Source of the DNA: Squalus acanthias
Taxonomy: Eukaryota
DNA length: 64,000 nt
Direction: 5' to 3'
Assembly: GCA_030390025.1 (NCBI GenBank)
Contig: JASTWF010000328.1
Span: forward strand, 310,001 to 374,000
Shown one piece after another: positions 58,975 to 64,000 of the stretch. The notes beneath the pieces were generated by a model. That model had not been told where the DNA came from. It did not search any database and saw nothing but the letters and a program-made list of their open reading frames with translations. Every line of letters starts with the position of its first letter. Positions within the stretch are counted from its first letter, which is position 1. The position numbers were made by a program, and so were the translations under genes.

Positions 58975-60928
58975 GGTCAAGGGCTGGGACAGTGGGGTGT
59001 GGGTGCTGGGCTGGGTCAGTGTGGTGTGGGGCTGGGTCAGTGGGGTGTGGGTGTGGGGCTGGGTCAGTGGGGTGTGGGACAGAGTCAGTGGGGTGTGGGT
59101 GTGGGACTGGGTCAGTGGGGTGTGGGTGTGGGGCTGGGTCAGTGGGGTGTGGGTGTGGGGCTGGGTCAGTGGGGTGTGGGTGTGGGGCTGGGTCAGTGGG
59201 GTGTGGGTGTGGGGCTGGGTCAGTGGGGTGTGGGTGTGGGGCTGGGTCAGTGGGGTGTGGGGGTGTGTGTCGGGGTGGGTCAGTGGCGTGTGGGGCTGGG
59301 TCAGTGGCGTGTGGCTGGGTCAGTGGGGTGTGGGTGTGGGGCAGGGTCAGTGCGGTGTGGGTGTGGGGCTGGGTCAGTGGAGTGTGGGGCTGGGTCAGTG
59401 GGGTGTGGGCTGGGTTAGTGGGTGTGGGTTGGGGCTGGGTCAGTGGGGTGTGTGGGCTGGGTCAGTGGGGTGTGGTTGCTGGGTCAGGTGGGTGTGGGGG
59501 TTGGGGTCAGTGGGGTGGTTGGTGTGGGCTGGGTCAGTGATTTGTGGGTGGAGGCTGGGTCAGTGGGGTGTGGGGTCTGGGTCAGTGGGGTGTGGGGCTG
59601 GGTCAGTGTGGTGGTGCGGCAGGGTCAGTGGGGTGTGGGTGCGTGGTCAGGTGGGTGGTGGGGTTGGGTCAGTGGGGTGTTGGTGTGGGGCTGGGCCAGT
59701 GTGTGTGGGTGTGGGGCTGGGCCAGTGGTGTGGTGGGTGTGGGGCTGGGCCAGGGTGTGGGTGTGGGGCTGGGCCAGTGGTGTGGTGGGCTGGGCCAGTG
59801 GTGTGGCTGGGCCAGTGGTGTGGGTGTGGGCTGGGCCAGTGGTGTGTGGGTGTGGCTGGGCCAGTGGTGTGTGGTGTGGGGCTGGCCAGTGGTGTGTGGG
59901 TGTGGGCTGGGCCAGTGGTGTGTGGGTGTGGGGCTGGGCCAGTGTGTGTGGGTGGGGCTGGGCCAGTGGTGTGTGGGGGGCTGGGCCAGTGGTGTGTGGT
60001 GTGGGGCTGGGCCAGTGGTGTGTGGGTGTGGGGCTGGGCCAGTGGTGTGTGGGTGTGGGCTGGGCCAGTGGTGTGTGGTGTGGGGCTGGCCAGTGGTGTG
60101 TGGGTGTGGGCTGGGCCAGTGGTGTGTGGGTGTGGGGCTGGGCCAGTGGTGTGTGGGTGTGGGGCTGGGCCAGTGGTGTGTGGGTGTGGGGCTGGGCCAG
60201 TGGTGTGTGGGTGTGGGGCTGGGCCAGTGGTGTGTGGGTGTGGGGCTGGGCCAGTGGTGTGTGGGTGTGGGCTGGGCCAGTGGTGTGTGGGTGTGGGGCT
60301 GGGCCAGTGGTGTGTGGGTGTGGGGCTGGGCCAGTGGTGTGTGGGTGTGGAGCTGGGTCAGTGGGGTGTGGGTCTGGGTCAGTGGGGTGTGGGGCTGGGT
60401 CAGTGTGGTGTGCGTGTGCGGCAGGGTCAGTGGGGTGTCGGGCTGGGTCAGTGGGGTGTGGGGCTGGGTCAGTGGGGTGTGGATGTGGGGCAGGGTCAGT
60501 GTGGTGTGCGTGTGCGGCAGGGTCAGTGGGGTGTCGGTCAGGGTCAGTGGGGTGTGGGTGTGGGGCTGGGTCAGTGGGGTGTGGATGTGGGGCAGGGTCA
60601 GTGGGGTGTGGGTGTGGGGCTGGGTCAGTTGGGTATGGGGCTGGGTCAGTGGGGTGTCGGTCAGGGTCAGTGGGGTGTGGGTGTGGGGCTGGGTCAGTGG
60701 GATGTGGGAGTGGGGCAGGGTCAGTGGGGTGTGGGGTGTGGGTGTGGGGCAGGGTCAGTGGGGTGTGGGTGTGGGGCAGGGTCAGTGGGGTGTGGGGCTG
60801 GGTCAGTGGGGTGTGGGTCAGGGTCAGTGGGGTTTGGGTGTGGGGCAGGGTCAGTGGGGTGTGGGTGTGGTCCTGGGTCAGTGGGGTGTGGGTGTGGGGC
60901 AGGGTCAGTGGGGTGTGGGGCTGGGTCA
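58975..60928. repeat. ~2-kb G/T-rich minisatellite (~27-bp GGGGCTGGGTCAGTGGGGTGTGGGTGT)
   Basis: Directly visible; central variant block with GGGCCAGTGGTGTG at ~59690-60350. Confidence 0.95.
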
Positions 60929-60964
60929 CTTTACTCCTTTCACCCTCCGTAAACGTAACCGCGT

Positions 60965-61420
60965 GAAAAACCCTGCTCATCCATCACCCTGTCCTTTTGA
61001 ACCTACATTGGCTCCCGGTCCCTCAACATATCCAAATTAAAACTCTCATCCTCGAGTTTAAATCCCTTCATGGACTCATCGCTCGCTCTCTCTGGAACCT
61101 CTTCCAGCCCAACAATCCTCCACCTCTCTGTTCCTCCGACTCGTGCCTCTTGTGCATTTCATCCTCTCCTCCCCCGATCTATGGAGGTTGTGTCTTCGGC
61201 TGTCCCGCTTCTCTGCTCTGAAATTCCCCACCTAAACCTCTCCTCCTCCCTCCTTCTTCAAGACACTCCTAAAACTCACTTATTTGACTAATCTCTGACC
61301 AGCCTTCCTTCTACCCGCTTTATTCAGCGTACACCTTTTGTCTGATTCAGCTCCTGTGAGGCGCCTTGCGATGTTTTTAGATGTTAAAAGCGCTTTAGAA
61401 ATGTAAGATGTTGTTGTTGT
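60965..61420 (+). mobile_element. L2 LINE 3' end
   Basis: LHWLPVPQHIQIKTLILEFKSLHGL; tail GCGCCTTG..GTTAAAAGCGCT..AAATGTAAG..(TTG)n. Confidence 0.8.
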
Positions 61421-61682
61421 GTGTTTATTGTACTCGTGTCAGCGTGTGTGACACAGCAGGTAACTGAATCTTAAAAGTTTTCAAACTTAGTTACAGTTTC
61501 ATTCTGGAGAATAACTTCAACTATATTTTGGAAAAATTACTGATCCTGGACTGAATCACATTTCCATTTCCACAGTGGGGAAAGGAAAGGACGCTGACTG
61601 AGAGTTTGATTGGGCACACACACAGTGAGACACGCGCACAAGTGGAGAATATTCACTGTAAAACAACAGTCAAATCTACCAC

Positions 61683-64000
61683 TTAGAGTAGTGATAATGG
61701 GAGACTTAATTATCCTAATATAGACTGGGATAGTAATCCTGAAAAGGGCAGAGACGGGGAAGAATGTCTGAAGTGTGTTCAGGAGAACCTTCTTGAGTGC
61801 TACTTTTCAGGCCCAACGATGAAGGAGGCATTGGTGGATCTGGTTCTGGGTAATTAGGTGTGTCAAGTGGAGCAAGTGTCAGTAGGTGACTATTTAGGGA
61901 AGAGTGATCATAGTATCATAAGGTTTAGATTAGCTAGGGAAAAGGACAGGGAGCAGTCTAGAGTAAAAAATAATTAATTGGAGGAAGGCAAATTTCAGTG
62001 GGTTGAGAATGGATCTGGCCCGGGTAAATTGGAATCAAATATTGGCAGGCAAAAGGCTGCTTTTAAAGAGGAGATGGTTCGAGTACAGTCGAGGTACTTT
62101 ACCACGAGTGGGAAAGGTAGGGCAACCAAAATCAGAGATTCCTGGATGACGAAAGAGACAGAGTAAGATGAAGCAGAAAAAGGATGTCAGGTTGAACCAG
62201 GCTAAATATAGAAAGTTCAGACGGGAAGCGAAAAAGGAAATAAGAGGGGCAAAGAGAGAGTCTGAGAATAGATTGGCAGGTAACATAAAAGAAATCCAAA
62301 AGTCTTCTATAGGCATATAAATAATAAACCGGTAGTAAGAGGAGGGTGGGGCCGATTAGGGATCAAAATGGAGACCTACGCATGGAGGCAGAGGGCGTGG
62401 CTGAGATACTGAATGAGTACTTTGCATGTGTCTTTACCAAGGAAGAAGATGCTGCCAAAGTCATAGTGAAAGAGGAGGTAGTCGAGATACTGGATGGGAT
62501 AAAAATTGATAAAGAGGAGGTACTAGAAAGGCTGGCTTGACTTAAAGTAGACAAGTCACCAGGACCGGATGCAATGCATCCTAGGATGCTGTGGGAGGTA
62601 ACGGTGGAAATTACGGAGGTACTGGCCATAATCTTCCAATCCTCCTTGGATACGGGGCTGGTTCCAGAGGACTGGAGAATTGCAAATGTTACACCCTTGT
62701 TCAAAAAAGGGTGTAAGGATAAACCCAGAAACTACAGGCCAGTCAGTTTAACCTCGGTAGTGGGGAAACTTTTAGAAACGATAATCCGGAACAAAATGAA
62801 CAGTCACTTGGACAAGTATGGATTAATTAAGGAAAAGACAGCACGAATTTGTTAAAGGGAAACCGTGTTTAACTAAATTGAGTTGTTTGATGAGGTAACA
62901 GAGAATGTTGATGAGGGCAATGCTGATGATGTGTACATGGACTTCCAAAAGGCGTTTGATAATGTGCCACATAATTGGCTTGCCAGAAAAGTTGAAGCCC
63001 ATGTAATAAAAGGGGCAGTGGCAGCATGTATACGAAATTGGCTAAGTGAGAGGACACATATAGTATTGGTGAACGGTTGTTTTTCGGACTGGAGGAAGGT
63101 ACACAGTGATGTTCCCCAGGGATTGGTGATAGGACCACTGCTTTTCTTGATATATATTAATGACGTAGACTTAGGTGTACAGGTGTACAGTTTCAAAATT
63201 TGCAGATGACACAAAACTTGGAAGTATACTGAACAGTGATGAGTATAGTGATAGAATTCAAGAATACATAGACAGGCTGGTGGAATGGGCGGCCACGTGG
63301 CAGAAGAAATTTATTGCAGAAAAGTGCGAAATGATATATTTTGATTCGAAGAACGAGGAGAGCAATATAAACTAAACGGAACAATTCTAAAGGGCGTGCA
63401 TGAACAGAGACACCTGGGGTATATGTGCACAATTCGTTGAATGTGGCATGGCAGGTTGAGAAAGGGGTTAAAACAGCATACGCGATCCTGGGCTTCATAA
63501 ATAGAGGTATAGAGTTCAAAAGCAAGGAAGTAATGATGAACCTTTATCTAAAAACTGGTTCGGCTTCAACTGCAGCATTGTGTCCAATTCTGGGCACCGT
63601 ACTTTAGGAAGGATGCGAAGGCCTTAGAGAAGGCGCAGAGAATATTTACGAGAATGGTTCCAGGGATGAGGGACTTCAGTTACATGGATAGACTGGAGAA
63701 GCTGGGTTTGTTCTCCTTAGAGCAGAGAAGGTTGAGAGGAAATTTGATTGAGGTGTTCAAAATCATGAGGGGTCTCCACAGCGTAGATGGAGAGAAACTG
63801 TTCCCATTGGCGGTAGGGTCGAGAACCAGAGGACACAGATTTACGATGATTGGCAGAAGAATCAAAGGCGACATGAGGAAAAGCTGTTTTACGCAGCGAG
63901 TGGTTAGGATCTGGAATGCACTGCCTGAAAGGGTGGTGGAGGCTGATTCAATCGTGGCTTTTAAAAAGGAATTGGATAAGTACCCGAAGGAAAAAAAATG
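61683..64000 (+). mobile_element. Degenerate CR1 ORF2 (same family as 7470-9470), running off the window
   Basis: Frameshifted EN/RT motifs throughout. Confidence 0.92.

Noticed and set aside
58975..60928. Immunoglobulin switch-region-like repeat (GGGCT/GGGGT)
   Set aside because: Almost no AGCT palindromes and no Ig exons in the window.
58868..61040. Long Gly/Trp/Val-rich and Pro/His/Thr-rich ORFs (450-700 aa)
   Set aside because: The A-poor repeat rarely makes stops, so it is open in several frames.

Overview
Non-bacterial, repeat-saturated vertebrate genomic DNA, most likely a shark or ray. That assignment is an inference from the SacSINE1/Deu-type SINEs, dense CR1 LINEs, Penelope-like palindromes and KRAB-less C2H2 arrays. 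Roughly half of the window is CR1-clade LINE fragments from several families, often nested, including one near full-length copy with an esterase-type ORF1. Other elements are L2 and RTE fragments, Penelope-like insertions with minimal hammerhead-type motifs, a hAT MITE, a Harbinger remnant, a short two-LTR ERV-like element and LTR fragments. The host content is a cluster of C2H2 zinc-finger exons/pseudogenes (four arrays plus one remnant) tied to a duplicated CpG promoter module, a second CpG promoter, and candidate minus-strand exons. A ~1.8-kb satellite occurs as two oppositely oriented arrays bracketing the first ~34 kb, and several VNTRs are present. The strongest leads are: (1) concentric inverted symmetry around a head-to-head zinc-finger pair; (2) a satellite unit that captured a hammerhead-bearing Penelope palindrome; (3) a small internally deleted ERV-like element with a tRNA-Ser primer-binding site. 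All alignments were done by eye; no database search was run.
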